Source: Candidatus Poribacteria bacterium (GTDB taxonomy: Bacteria; Poribacteria; WGA-4E; B28-G17). Taken from it: a stretch of DNA of 64,000 nt. The first letter of the stretch is position 1; each line of letters begins with the position of its first letter. This document shows positions 40,001-46,843 of the stretch, one piece after another. The notes below the pieces were generated by a model that did no database searches, was not told where the DNA came from, and worked only from the letters and a program-made list of their open reading frames with translations. The DNA lies in NCBI GenBank assembly GCA_021162805.1, contig JAGGXZ010000182.1:17009-81008 (forward strand). Direction: 5' to 3'. Both the position numbers and the translations under genes were made by a program.

Positions 40001-42027
40001 AGGTGACCCATAACGGCGACAAACCCCTCAGGAGGGGCGATCTGCTTGTGGTGAAGCTGAAGGGCGAGCCCGGAAACAGGGCTTCGTTCAACATAAACAA
40101 CCGAAAGGATAAAAAGGGAAAGCTCGTGAAGATCCCGATGGCCGATGACGGCACGGGATATGACGAGACGGCGGGCGACGGCATATACACGGGCGTCTAT
40201 GAGGTCAGACCGGATGATAGCATATTGAACGGGTCTCTGATCGGCTTCCTGGCGGATGAGAACGGCAATGAGAGCTTCAAGTTCTCGCCCAAACCGCTGA
40301 CACTGGATTCCACCCTGCCTGAGCCGATCGAGGGGCTGACCGCTCAGGATAAGCCGGACGATGAGGGTTATGTGATAATCCTCTCGTGGCAGCCGAGCAA
40401 AGAGACCGATTTCGATCACTACAACGTCTATCGCGAGACGAAACGGATAAGCATAACAAGAGGGTTGATCCCCGTCCTGAGCAACCTCACCCTGCCGCAG
40501 ATGACCACGGCAGAGGTGCCGGTTCCGGCGAATAACACCGACTATTACTTCGCCGTCACCGTGGTGGATAAGGCCGGAAACGAGTCACTGATCCGGGACG
40601 GCTCCTGGGTCGGGCCCGTTCAGGCCTGGGATAACATCAAACCCGATCCGGTTACCAAGGTGACGGCGGAGGATTATCCGGATGATCAGGGGAAAGCACT
40701 GCTGGTGAAATGGGATACCCCTTCGGCCGCGGAGGATTTCGATCACTATAACATCTACGTATCGACGACGGAGATAAGGACGTTGAATGAGTTGAAACCC
40801 GCTGCGTCTGAACCCAATAGGGAGGCCTATTCCGTCAAGGTCGAGGTCGATGAGGATAACGTCCCGTATTATGTCGCTGTCACGGCGGTTGACAGGAACG
40901 GGAACGAGTCGGACCTCGACGCTCTTGGGAACTCAACCTGGGGGCCTGTTCAGTCCCTGGATAACATCCCACCTCAGCCTGTAACCGGAGTCTACGCCTA
41001 TGACACCCCCGGGGATGAGGGCGGAAGGATAACCGTGGTTTGGAGTCCGGAAAAGGACCTGAGCGTGATCGAGCACAGGATCTACATCTCCTCCGGACAG
41101 ATCACACCGGATGAGGATCTCTCGAAGCTGGAGTTCATCACCGTTCCCGTCCCAGCATTTGAACGGCAGGTTGACGTTCAGAGCGACACGGCGATCTACG
41201 TCGCCGTAACGGCCGTCGATTCGGGCGAAAATGAGTCGAAGCTCACCTCCGACTCAGTATGGGGGCCCGTATATGCCGTGTCGAACAGGGTGAAGGCGGA
41301 TAGGGAGACGGTTATCTATGCCGGATTCGATCCGAGAATACGGATCAAACTGCCCATCGGATCGGGCGAGGAGGGGAAACTGCTGGACATCCTGATACCG
41401 GAAGATCCCGAGATACTCAAGCGTATAGATGAGGCCAACAGGCTTTCGGCCCTGGATATCTCGCTCATAAACCCGGATTACGAGGAGGAACTTCAAAGTA
41501 CGGTCATCCAGGTCTCCTATACCGGCAGGAGGCTCTCCAAGCCGGCCGAGCTTACGCTATCGTATCCGGAGTTCACCGATAACGCCGGGGTGGAGAGGAG
41601 GGTGAGGATATTCAGGCTGAATCCGTCTTCGACGACGGGCGTCTGGGAGCTTCTTCCGGGCAGGCAGGTCGTCGATACGATCCGAAACACCGTGACCGCC
41701 TCCACGGATACCCTCTCGGCCTTCAGGGTGGCGGTTTTAAATCTGCCTCAGACTCTGGACAAGGTCAAGGTCTATCCCAACCCCTATATCTACGGTCGAT
41801 CTTCGAGCGGCAGGATCACCTTCGTGAATCTGCCTGAGAAGGCGACGATACAGATCTACACGCTGACGGGCGAGCTTGTAAGAACTATCCAGGTCGAGCC
41901 GATGGCCGGGAGGGCATCGTGGGATCTGAAAAACGAGGCGGGCAGACCGGTCGGAGGTGGGATATACGTCTATCTGGTTAAAGGTGAAACAGGTAAAGCC
42001 CGAGGGAGGATAGTCATATTGAAATAG
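31051..42027 (+). CDS. Giant (3658 aa) multi-domain cell-surface protein with PPC-like, fibronectin-III-like and Ig-like repeats and a T9SS-type C-terminal sorting domain
   Basis: A single uninterrupted ORF. The N-terminus is basic with a hydrophobic segment. About 7 PPC-like modules (E.EPND...GDVDWYK/F). About 8 FN3-like modules (...LSW.....YNVY.S...YYFAVTAVD.AGNES). About 10 Ig-like modules (D..PP.I......GD.L.V.L.GE.GC...F.IEG...L.D.G..GD..AGDG.Y.G.Y.V). The final 90 aa (KVYPNPYIYG...IQIYTLTGELV...WDLKNEAGRPVGGGIYVYLV) is the CTD. Confidence 0.85.
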   Translation: MERGNRRRGTGKRKQKRYLGLLPPDSSLRSICRAITLVTFLLITGFTAFGDSPDTYILPLSPPNVIGHSDVTIWWSGRPSDEAGLIGFYYSLDGSPFTFTDSNHVTLWNLTKGEHRLLVKSIDSTLRQDDQPAELSFRISPVVRGEPEVNDTPDLAVDLPLGVEMRGVSLLGGGDVDWYKVAFPQDATAATVTFRRDGGNSSTEISLYLNTPSEGNKAASFSVNVSNGERGSATVGISPDSTLFIKVAPSPDEKHPLYILSADYIPASPHGIWEVEDNSSPASATRLSLVEDRVTAIGMKNGDQDSSDWYKLHFDLTSPKLLRLNLSRLQAAGETSVQIFKGAIISDISQVSALSVSPLSNGWGSISFLVSFGDYYVRVSNDQEGVGNTYQITLTLGDLPPGSEYELEPNTVSPQENPDYVTPLGVEMGIYGYSWGDGDDDWFKFNLGRKGLLCLTLQRPEGIGQTELQLFNSNLIPISSFQISPSTSQRGSLPVPDADPGTYYVKIVPSGERETTRYRLNALLIGSIEHNAQEPLGLGDELRVAVNWTAGREVYLTLEGDFQDEEARKRFERMPLSEVSPGRYELSYVLREGDSVENARMLFTFKTPQGDEALYEYSERITLQAGKAIIDAKHDADHILKSGERLTVTLTSSITDGTASFDIVGGTKDPSPLLRGGIPLYGDGRGNYSGSYVVQEGDLVREGIVRVKLVDRFGTKYEFEIKEPVSIDAVKPSPPSELRGEDVPEDNGFQIQLSWSLSPDPDVSEYNVYISPIPITSLQALSPIARVKGRSCQVQVERNGVGYYFAVTAVDMAGNESDLSDGAITGPVQALDNLPPAAKSASHDVTGIVSTLNPVINVKLQSEPGITPLLTIPGLVRDLPLEEKKDGVYTISYSVPKGVELRDVLLSLKLKDKAGNESSIDVPPPITIDTKPPQIKSVKHDGTRLLVEGDELKITLEGEVGCQGWFDIEGLVKGIPLYDDGEHGDGAGGDGVYVGTYRVKTGDKAMEAAVVAHLKDKAGNESSMEAVRKVNLDTTPPSISKAKVEGESFKLGDVVKVELWGEAGCQGKFRIEGLGVEGKLYDDGEHGDGEANDGMYVGSWKVGRGIGGEDLSVIAILEKSNGKSVQIEAGSVKVDGVPPPEVEGVKVEDVPDDEGYRVRVSWQGVKVEDLKGYLVYLSSDSIGDLSTMSPIAETEKESVLLDVEENGRQYHFAVVAEDEAGNISALGAGSVTVGDALDNLAPPKPIDLKAEMVEGGRIYIGWEYPSLPADWAAFKVYISQNPNLSGGELVRITHNQVRSADLPADKDGDYYIGLSAEDISGNESEIIRIGPIRAGAISAMDERLISLPKGIIRGDGVLVWWRGWKNGGTKDFRYRLDGVEGEAEGPYLLIRSLTPGDHELEIELNGEVISREFRIEPMELKLDGKKETILPNAKLIGPGTCSLVLMRDATLNLVGENGGVEVKLYRDDDLLMEGQGAISLKAGIYRVETKGSVTIYQSPLAADADMEPNDEDGFPLHGDSIISGMIQRKGDVDLYRLRVEGGERLAVTLISWGNLQLGIRDERGTEVETDEDQDGGYRFYLSHPLSAGEYVIEVKGDAGAIYQIGLIILKGIGVDRRAMMKAGDLLRVTVDWATAGEIWGEVKGLIEPVRLSGSGGLMGMEYRIKDGDDLSDGRVRLEFNVSGEVIPFEIPGVRINVDTVPPRITRAQHDAVKPLKAGDKIGIEVGGESGCEGWFEITGIAEEIPLQEKEAGRYEGEYQVREGDNTSGSDVICYLRDGAGNETKAVVKGRSGEFDKVVIDTLPPRIDEVSYEGEGVLIEGQILKVIVKGEAGCQAWFDIGELRHDLPLEEKREGEYEGSYQVKMGDQALGVRIIAHLKDAAGNESVVESRDALDIDTIPPQIESVEHDATRTLRLGSVLTVRVKGTPGCDARFSIEGVVEDLPLGETGDGNYIGTYTVKEGDSADRAKVIVRLVKPNGKSASKSASLRISIDTDPPEPVQGVTAADKPLDEGFTLILSWDRSDEPDFYAYRIYRSPTPILSTEELKPILELRSADITRTEVNVPENDSDYYFAVTAVDEAGNESKLSLKSGGSIFGPIRALDNLPPPPVTGVRAEDRPSDLGGVIVLRWDGPSPAEDFSRYNLYVSREPIASTEGLNPIKVPDRNVTAYEVQTADGVDYYFAVTAVDRSGNESPLATTSVFGPVQSIPNIPQGEPVPGRIVAAPLGLSLSDAVIFHLSRWVPSPEPKPIPGYLYRLDDGSYELSASSHIAFFGLADGGHVFWAKPADRPDTQPIKWEFNVLRSPVRESEPNDTPETAFRLSSGQPVVGTNSDDGDVDWFSIQIDSPGMLDITFGREKGIGRSTISIFHGLETAKAIDEFTVDPSTGGRGHSSVGVSPGRYLVRVISKSENPAAEYRICAVYRELKPIYAWEVEPNDEWMAANAVRIDNALELIGEGGGGDKDWFTFTETVEGEMLELKLIRSGGKSTIRLITFYGSPSEGGVQVDELSLDSDHAEAESWVGLKAGKYYMLIESPDKPPRFEYSLLLIKRKPEGSMEFEPNDKPDMASGISVDDVISCRTFSNGDVDLYALQVKSHGSLAIGIERANAVGKTIAELKRLDGTMIASAKADPSNEGRASLNAEVNPGGYLLAVRTENERPGDYTITTALVKSALHDARKPLGIGDKLNVRIEWLPEKRVTLTLPKVIRDIEMNEEEPGVYTASYTVKEGDTLSDQPYVSLFPDVSTSEAARLFLQPQILIDTMPPGIEEISHDGHDPIPLGGTLHVKLKGEPGCKLAYFEIRKGDFLRRVEMEEKEKGVYEGEYTVVSGDDVRGASVVGYLEDEVGNVSSREAFTPVTFDTLPPEITDLSVLISRGGGDFVPVDVTSDRVLGESDSLKVVIRSELNAKAEFEIEGFKSGLKLRDDGAQGDEVAGDGIYAGIYVVHRGDSIENTPIKVIVTDKAGNSQELYAPVTITIDAVPPKIQEVTHNGDKPLRRGDLLVVKLKGEPGNRASFNINNRKDKKGKLVKIPMADDGTGYDETAGDGIYTGVYEVRPDDSILNGSLIGFLADENGNESFKFSPKPLTLDSTLPEPIEGLTAQDKPDDEGYVIILSWQPSKETDFDHYNVYRETKRISITRGLIPVLSNLTLPQMTTAEVPVPANNTDYYFAVTVVDKAGNESLIRDGSWVGPVQAWDNIKPDPVTKVTAEDYPDDQGKALLVKWDTPSAAEDFDHYNIYVSTTEIRTLNELKPAASEPNREAYSVKVEVDEDNVPYYVAVTAVDRNGNESDLDALGNSTWGPVQSLDNIPPQPVTGVYAYDTPGDEGGRITVVWSPEKDLSVIEHRIYISSGQITPDEDLSKLEFITVPVPAFERQVDVQSDTAIYVAVTAVDSGENESKLTSDSVWGPVYAVSNRVKADRETVIYAGFDPRIRIKLPIGSGEEGKLLDILIPEDPEILKRIDEANRLSALDISLINPDYEEELQSTVIQVSYTGRRLSKPAELTLSYPEFTDNAGVERRVRIFRLNPSSTTGVWELLPGRQVVDTIRNTVTASTDTLSAFRVAVLNLPQTLDKVKVYPNPYIYGRSSSGRITFVNLPEKATIQIYTLTGELVRTIQVEPMAGRASWDLKNEAGRPVGGGIYVYLVKGETGKARGRIVILK
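33530..34440 (+). repeat. Block 1 of tandem ~100-aa Ig-like repeats inside the giant gene (3 copies)
   Basis: Repeats begin DNLPPAAKS / DTKPPQIKS / DTTPPSISK. Two copies share near-identical DNA, e.g. tacgatgacggcgaacacgggga at ~33978 and ~34290. Confidence 0.6.
36130..37040 (+). repeat. Block 2 of tandem Ig-like repeats inside the giant gene (3 copies)
   Basis: Repeats begin DTVPPRITR / DTLPPRIDE / DTIPPQIES. Each has G.PGC(E/Q/D)..F.I.G and GDG.Y.G.Y.VK.GD. Confidence 0.6.
39325..40310 (+). repeat. Block 3 of tandem Ig-like repeats inside the giant gene (3 copies)
   Basis: Repeats begin DTMPPGIEE / DTLPPEITD / DAVPPKIQE. Same motif set. Confidence 0.55.
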
Positions 42028-42035
42028 GGTGAAGG

Positions 42036-42788
42036 ATGAGATACCTGATAATGGGCGATATCCATGCCAATATGGAGGCCTTCGAAGCCGTCTTGAAAGA
42101 GGCTATGGGGTTTTCGCCCGATGTATGCCTTTTTCTAGGCGATGCCGTCGGATACGGTGCTGATCCGGATGAGGTCGTGATGAGGTTGCGGAGGTTGATC
42201 CCTCAATTTTCTAAATTCTTCGCCGTCAGGGGGAACCACGATAAGGTTGCATCCGGGGTGGAGGAGGGGTGGAGTTTCACCGAGCATGCCCGTAAGGCGG
42301 CGCTGTGGACGAGGGAACACCTCTCACCGACGAACAGGAGCTACCTGAGGAGGCTGCCTCAAGGCCCAGTGGGCGTCAATCCCTCCATACAGATCTGTCA
42401 CGGATCGCCGATGGACGAGGACCTTTACATACTCAATAACTTCAGAGCATTGAACATTCTGAGCTATGACGAACACAGGATCACCTTCTTCGGCCATACG
42501 CATGTGCCCGTCGTATACGAGCTTCTCGGCGACCACTTTCACGTCAACCTGCCCTCAGGCGATGAGAGCATATTCAAACTCCATCCCGAAGGCAGGTATC
42601 TGATCAATCCCGGATCGGTGGGCCAGCCGAGGGACTTCAATCCCAAGGCCAGCTTCGCGGTTTATGATGACGATGAGGAAACGATCACGATAAAGAGGGT
42701 GAGCTACGATATCGAAAGGGCGGCCGATAAGATCGTAAAGAGCAACCTGCCGGGCGTGAACGCCGAAAGGCTTTTCATCGGGAGGTGA
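42036..42788 (+). CDS. Metallophosphoesterase (calcineurin-like phosphoesterase family)
   Basis: GDIHAN, GDAVGYG, GNHD and GHTH motifs. Starts 9 nt after the giant gene's stop. Confidence 0.8.
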   Translation: MRYLIMGDIHANMEAFEAVLKEAMGFSPDVCLFLGDAVGYGADPDEVVMRLRRLIPQFSKFFAVRGNHDKVASGVEEGWSFTEHARKAALWTREHLSPTNRSYLRRLPQGPVGVNPSIQICHGSPMDEDLYILNNFRALNILSYDEHRITFFGHTHVPVVYELLGDHFHVNLPSGDESIFKLHPEGRYLINPGSVGQPRDFNPKASFAVYDDDEETITIKRVSYDIERAADKIVKSNLPGVNAERLFIGR

Positions 42789-42791
42789 AGG

Positions 42792-43805
42792 ATGAGGGCG
42801 ATAATCTTTCCCAGGCCGGGCGAGATCGAGCTTAAAGATGTGCCCGATCCCGTCCCCGCCCCGGATGAAGCGGTGATCAAGGTCAAGGCGTCCGGAATCT
42901 GTGCAACCGACATACATATCTGGTTCGGTGAGTTTATAGCCACCTACCCCGTTATTCCGGGCCATGAGTTTTCAGGCGAGGTGGTCGAGGTCGGCGATAA
43001 GGTGACGGCTTTCAAGGTGGGCGATAGGGTGGCCGTGGATCCTTGCATCTACTGCCATAGCTGCCCCGCATGCAGATCACATGCCGAAAACTTCTGCCAT
43101 AACTTCAAAGCCTATGGGCTTCAACTCAATGGCGGATTTGCCGAATATGTGGCCGTTAAGGAAAGCAACCTATACCGGATAGATGACCTCTCCTGGGAGG
43201 AGGGGGCGATGGTGGAGCCGCTGGGATGCGTGGTCCATGGGTTGAACCAGGTGGCGCCGATCAGGCCGGGCGGACACGGGTTGATCTTCGGAGCCGGACC
43301 CATCGGGCTTTTGAACATGCAGCTCTACATGCATAGCGGCCTGAGCACCGTTACGGTGGTGGATGTGATGAAACATAAGCTTAAAATAGCCTCTGATTTG
43401 GGAGCAACGCACGCCATCTTAGCCGATAATTCCCTCAACGAGAAGCTCAGAGAGATCCGCCCGGAGGGATTCGATCTGGTGATAGACGCTACGGGAAATC
43501 CGAAGGTCGTTCAATCGGCCTTCGATTACGTAGCCGATAGGGGCAAGATATTGATCTTCGGCGTCTGCCCACCTGACTCGAGAATCACCATCTCGCCGTA
43601 TGAGATCTATAAGAGAGAGCTTAAGATCTACGGGAGCTTCTCCCTGCTTTACACGGCCGCTCAATCGGTGGATCTTCTCAGATCGGGAAGGATCAAGGTT
43701 GAGCCTCTCATCTCCCACCGTTTCACGCTGGAGAGGTTCGTCGAGGCGTTCGAGTTAAAGAGAAATAATCCCAAACCGATGAAGGTTATGATAGTTGAAG
43801 CTTGA
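42792..43805 (+). CDS. Zinc-dependent alcohol dehydrogenase (MDR family, threonine/sorbitol dehydrogenase-like)
   Basis: GICATDIH, GHEFSGEVVEVG, the structural Zn site CxxCxxC....C (CIYCHSCPACRSHAENFC), and the Rossmann motif GAGPIGL. Confidence 0.85.
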   Translation: MRAIIFPRPGEIELKDVPDPVPAPDEAVIKVKASGICATDIHIWFGEFIATYPVIPGHEFSGEVVEVGDKVTAFKVGDRVAVDPCIYCHSCPACRSHAENFCHNFKAYGLQLNGGFAEYVAVKESNLYRIDDLSWEEGAMVEPLGCVVHGLNQVAPIRPGGHGLIFGAGPIGLLNMQLYMHSGLSTVTVVDVMKHKLKIASDLGATHAILADNSLNEKLREIRPEGFDLVIDATGNPKVVQSAFDYVADRGKILIFGVCPPDSRITISPYEIYKRELKIYGSFSLLYTAAQSVDLLRSGRIKVEPLISHRFTLERFVEAFELKRNNPKPMKVMIVEA

Positions 43806-43859
43806 CGTGAGCTGTATGATATTCTATATTAAAGGCAGATAAACGCTGGAGGTGATCAG

Positions 43860-44096
43860 ATGAAGGGCGTTTACGCCGCTGCGGTGGTTCTGGCGATGTT
43901 GTTCGTCTCCCAGGTCTTTGCCGCTAACCTCTGGTATGACAACTTCAACGACAACAAGCTCGATCCCAAATACATCGTCAAGTATGATCCACAGGAGGCG
44001 GGTAACGGCGCCAAGCTTCCTCGGCAAACTTACCACCACCTGGGGCGCCATCAAATTCAAGCGCTCATATTATCGCTAAGTGTAGCAAAGATCTGA
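43860..44096 (+). CDS. Small exported hypothetical protein (possibly an N-terminal fragment of a larger secreted protein)
   Basis: RBS GGAGGTGA. Signal peptide (AVVLAMLFVSQVFAANLW). The ORF stops just before the structured repeat at 44122. Confidence 0.3.
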   Translation: MKGVYAAAVVLAMLFVSQVFAANLWYDNFNDNKLDPKYIVKYDPQEAGNGAKLPRQTYHHLGRHQIQALILSLSVAKI

Positions 44097-44121
44097 GAGG
44101 TTAGAAGTGCTTATTTCTCAG

Positions 44122-44255
44122 GATGAAAAGGAACGAGGAACTAGGAGCGAGGAACGAGGAAGCACCTTGATTTCGAATTGCGAATTTCGGATTTCGAAAT
44201 TCGAAATTTGCATACTTTCGTTCCTGGTTCCTTTCTCCTCGTTCCTCCTCATGGC
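44122..44255. repeat. Composite inverted-repeat element: GGAACGAGGA-unit arms flanking a TTCGAA-palindrome-rich spacer
   Basis: Left arm GAAAAGGAACGAGGAACTAGGAGCGAGGAACGAGGAAG (44126-44163). Right arm TTTCGTTCCTGGTTCCTTTCTCCTCGTTCCTCCTC (44216-44250) is its imperfect reverse complement. The central ~45 nt contains ATTTCGAATTGCGAATTTCGGATTTCGAAATTCGAAATTT. Confidence 0.5.
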
Positions 44256-44270
44256 CCTTAGGGAATCACT

Positions 44271-46598
44271 ATGATCTCAATTCAAATTCTGGTTCTTCCC
44301 CTATTCCTTTTCTCAGCGGATCTCATCCCGAATGGAGGTTTTGAATCCGGCCTTTCGGGATGGAATAAAGTATGGACTCGTGAGCCTGGAACAGGTCAAG
44401 TTTTCCTAGATGAGAGGATCCGTCATAGCGGGAAACGATCTGCCAGGATAGAACATAAAGGCGAAAAGGACTGGAGCTTTGACCCCGACCTGCGTCTCCG
44501 GGCCTGTCCGGGCGACCTTTTCAAACTCAGGGCGTGGGTGAAGATCAAAGGAAAGGGATCAGTAACGCTCTGCGTTGTGACATACAATGGGAAAGGTGAT
44601 GTCATCAAGTGGGTCTTCGCCCCAAAATCAGTTCGGGGGACGTGCGATTGGCATCCGCTATATACGAGATTTGTTATACCGCGGGGAGTCTCTAGAATCC
44701 ATCCTCGCTTGATCGGAAGCGGTCCAGCTATAATATGGCTGGATGATTTCTCGATGGAAAGGGAGGGCAACGTGATGGAGATGCGGGATGAAGGGATGCC
44801 GTCGACGTTGAGTTTGAGCAATAAAACCATCTCGGTCACGCTCCACACCGACGATGCAGCCCTCTCCGTGCTCGATAAACGCACCGGGGAGATCTGGACT
44901 CAACGTCCTAAAGGTCAGGACGTGATCCTCAGGAGCGCAAGGATGGTGGATGATAACATAGAGATGGAGCTGTTCCACGTCCCCTCGGCCCTAGAGGTGA
45001 AGGCGACTCTCAAGCTCGACGGCGATCTGCCGGAGTTCACCCTTTCGCTGTCGGCCAAAGGGGATCTGCTGAGCCCCCTCAGGTTTCCACATCCCTTTGT
45101 GACCGATCCCGGCACCTACCTTGTCATTCCGATGAACGAGGGGATCTCCTATCCCGTCGATGATGAGAGCATCCCGCCCATGAGGCTCATCGCATACGGC
45201 GGACATGGGATCTGCATGGCGTTTTGGGGGACGACGGACGGTGGGAGAGGTTATATGGCCATAATTGAAAGCCCTGATGATGCCGCCATACGGATAGATC
45301 GGGTGGAGAGCAGGCTATGCGTTGCGCCGGAGTGGGACGCACAGAAGGGGAAATTCGGCTATAAACGCTGGCTCAGATATGTCTTCTTCGATAAGGGCGG
45401 ACATGTCGCCATCTGCAAGCGATATCGCTCCTATGCCAGGGAGATCGGGCTTTTCAAGACGCTTGAGGAGAAACGCAGGGAAAACCCAAATGTGGATCTT
45501 CTCATCGGAGCTGTGAACGTATGGTGTTGGGAGAGAGATGCTCTTGCGATCGTTCGGGAGATGAAATCGCTGGGGATCGACCGGATCCTGTGGAGTCATA
45601 GGGAAAAGCCGGATGTGATCGAAAAGATGAACGAGATGGGGATCCTCACCAGCCGATACGATATCTATCAAGACGTGATGAATCCTGAAAACTTCAAGCA
45701 TCTCCGAGGCGTACATCCCGATTGGCCCACGGAGGCCTGGCCGAAGGACATCATAATCGGTCCGGACGGCGATTGGGTGAAGGGATGGCGGGTCAGGGGA
45801 AAGGACGGCAGATGGTATCCGTGTGGTGTGCTCTGTGACAGACAGGCCCTTAAATACGCCCGAAAACGCATACCCGAGGAGCTTAAAACCCATCCCTACC
45901 GATGCCGATTTATCGACACCACCACTGCATCCCCCTGGAGGGAGTGTTATAGTCCGGATCATCCCATGACCAGAAGTGAGAGCAGACATTGGAAGATGGA
46001 GCTTTTGAGGTTCGTCTCCCAGGAGATGGGATTGGTATGTGGAAGCGAGACGGGACATGATGCCGCCGTGCCCTATGTGCACTATTTCGAGGGAATGCTG
46101 AGCCTCGGCCCCTATAGGGTGCCGGATGCGGGACGCAATATGCTTAAGATCTGGGAGGAGGTGCCCGAAAGGGTGGCCAAGTTCCAGCTTGGACATCGAT
46201 ACCGACTCCCGCTTTGGGAACTCGTCTATCATGACTGCGTTGTGGCACAGTGGTATTGGGGAGACTACAACAACAAACTGCCGGCGCTCTGGGACAAGCG
46301 AGATCTCTTTAACATCCTCTACGGCACGCCGCCCATGTTCATGTTCAACAGGGAGATATGGAATCGCTACAGGGATCGTTTCGTCCAGAGCTACAAAAAC
46401 GTCTGTCCCGTGGCCCGTGCTGTAGGATATGCCGAGATGACCGACCACCGCTTCCTGACCCCTGATCGGGATGTTCAGCAGACGCTATTTTCAAACGGGG
46501 TTATCATCACGGTCAACTTCGGCGATAAACCCTATCATCTGCCCGACGGGACCGAGGTGCCGCCCATGGGATTTCACGTAGCAGGTGTAAACAGATGA
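44271..46598 (+). CDS. Secreted carbohydrate-active enzyme candidate: N-terminal CBM4/9-like beta-sandwich plus a large putative glycoside-hydrolase domain
   Basis: Signal peptide. ADLIPNGGFESGLSGWNK...WLDDF is typical of CBM_4_9-type sugar-binding modules. The remaining ~600 aa are enzyme-like (many conserved W/D/E/H blocks) but I cannot assign a GH family by eye. Confidence 0.4.
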   Translation: MISIQILVLPLFLFSADLIPNGGFESGLSGWNKVWTREPGTGQVFLDERIRHSGKRSARIEHKGEKDWSFDPDLRLRACPGDLFKLRAWVKIKGKGSVTLCVVTYNGKGDVIKWVFAPKSVRGTCDWHPLYTRFVIPRGVSRIHPRLIGSGPAIIWLDDFSMEREGNVMEMRDEGMPSTLSLSNKTISVTLHTDDAALSVLDKRTGEIWTQRPKGQDVILRSARMVDDNIEMELFHVPSALEVKATLKLDGDLPEFTLSLSAKGDLLSPLRFPHPFVTDPGTYLVIPMNEGISYPVDDESIPPMRLIAYGGHGICMAFWGTTDGGRGYMAIIESPDDAAIRIDRVESRLCVAPEWDAQKGKFGYKRWLRYVFFDKGGHVAICKRYRSYAREIGLFKTLEEKRRENPNVDLLIGAVNVWCWERDALAIVREMKSLGIDRILWSHREKPDVIEKMNEMGILTSRYDIYQDVMNPENFKHLRGVHPDWPTEAWPKDIIIGPDGDWVKGWRVRGKDGRWYPCGVLCDRQALKYARKRIPEELKTHPYRCRFIDTTTASPWRECYSPDHPMTRSESRHWKMELLRFVSQEMGLVCGSETGHDAAVPYVHYFEGMLSLGPYRVPDAGRNMLKIWEEVPERVAKFQLGHRYRLPLWELVYHDCVVAQWYWGDYNNKLPALWDKRDLFNILYGTPPMFMFNREIWNRYRDRFVQSYKNVCPVARAVGYAEMTDHRFLTPDRDVQQTLFSNGVIITVNFGDKPYHLPDGTEVPPMGFHVAGVNR

Positions 46599-46612
46599 AG
46601 GGGGCAGGGAAA

Positions 46613-46843
46613 ATGGCTGTGCGCGATATAACTATCGCTAAGATTCGGCAATTACCCGAATCCTTAGTTCAAGAGGTAAGCGATTTCATCGATTTTCTGC
46701 TGATGAAACATGATAAAACACGCTGGCTGTTATGGATACATTTCGCTGAAGCCTTAGAGCTAGCCGAATCCGATTTTGATGAATATCTGGCTAACCTGGA
46801 GAACTATGAAGATCGCCTTGCGCGTGGGGAAATCCAATGGTGA
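46613..46843 (+). CDS. Type II antitoxin (DUF2281-like) paired with a MazF/PemK toxin
   Basis: About 76 aa. AKIRQLPESLVQEVSDFIDFLLMKH resembles DUF2281 antitoxins. The stop overlaps the toxin start. AT-richer than the flanks. The alternative upstream start at 46595 overlaps the previous gene. Confidence 0.5.
   Translation: MAVRDITIAKIRQLPESLVQEVSDFIDFLLMKHDKTRWLLWIHFAEALELAESDFDEYLANLENYEDRLARGEIQW

Noticed and set aside
31051-42027. Giant ORF as an Rhs/polymorphic-toxin or NRPS/PKS megasynthase
   Set aside because: It has no YD/Rhs repeats, and no condensation, adenylation or KS motifs. The modules are beta-sandwich adhesion-type (PPC, FN3, Ig-like) and the C-terminus is a secretion CTD, not a toxin tip.
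44100-44270. CRISPR array
   Set aside because: The repeats are short GGAACGAGGA units in inverted orientation with a palindromic centre. There are no regularly spaced direct repeats with unique spacers, and no CRISPR-like periodicity anywhere in the window.
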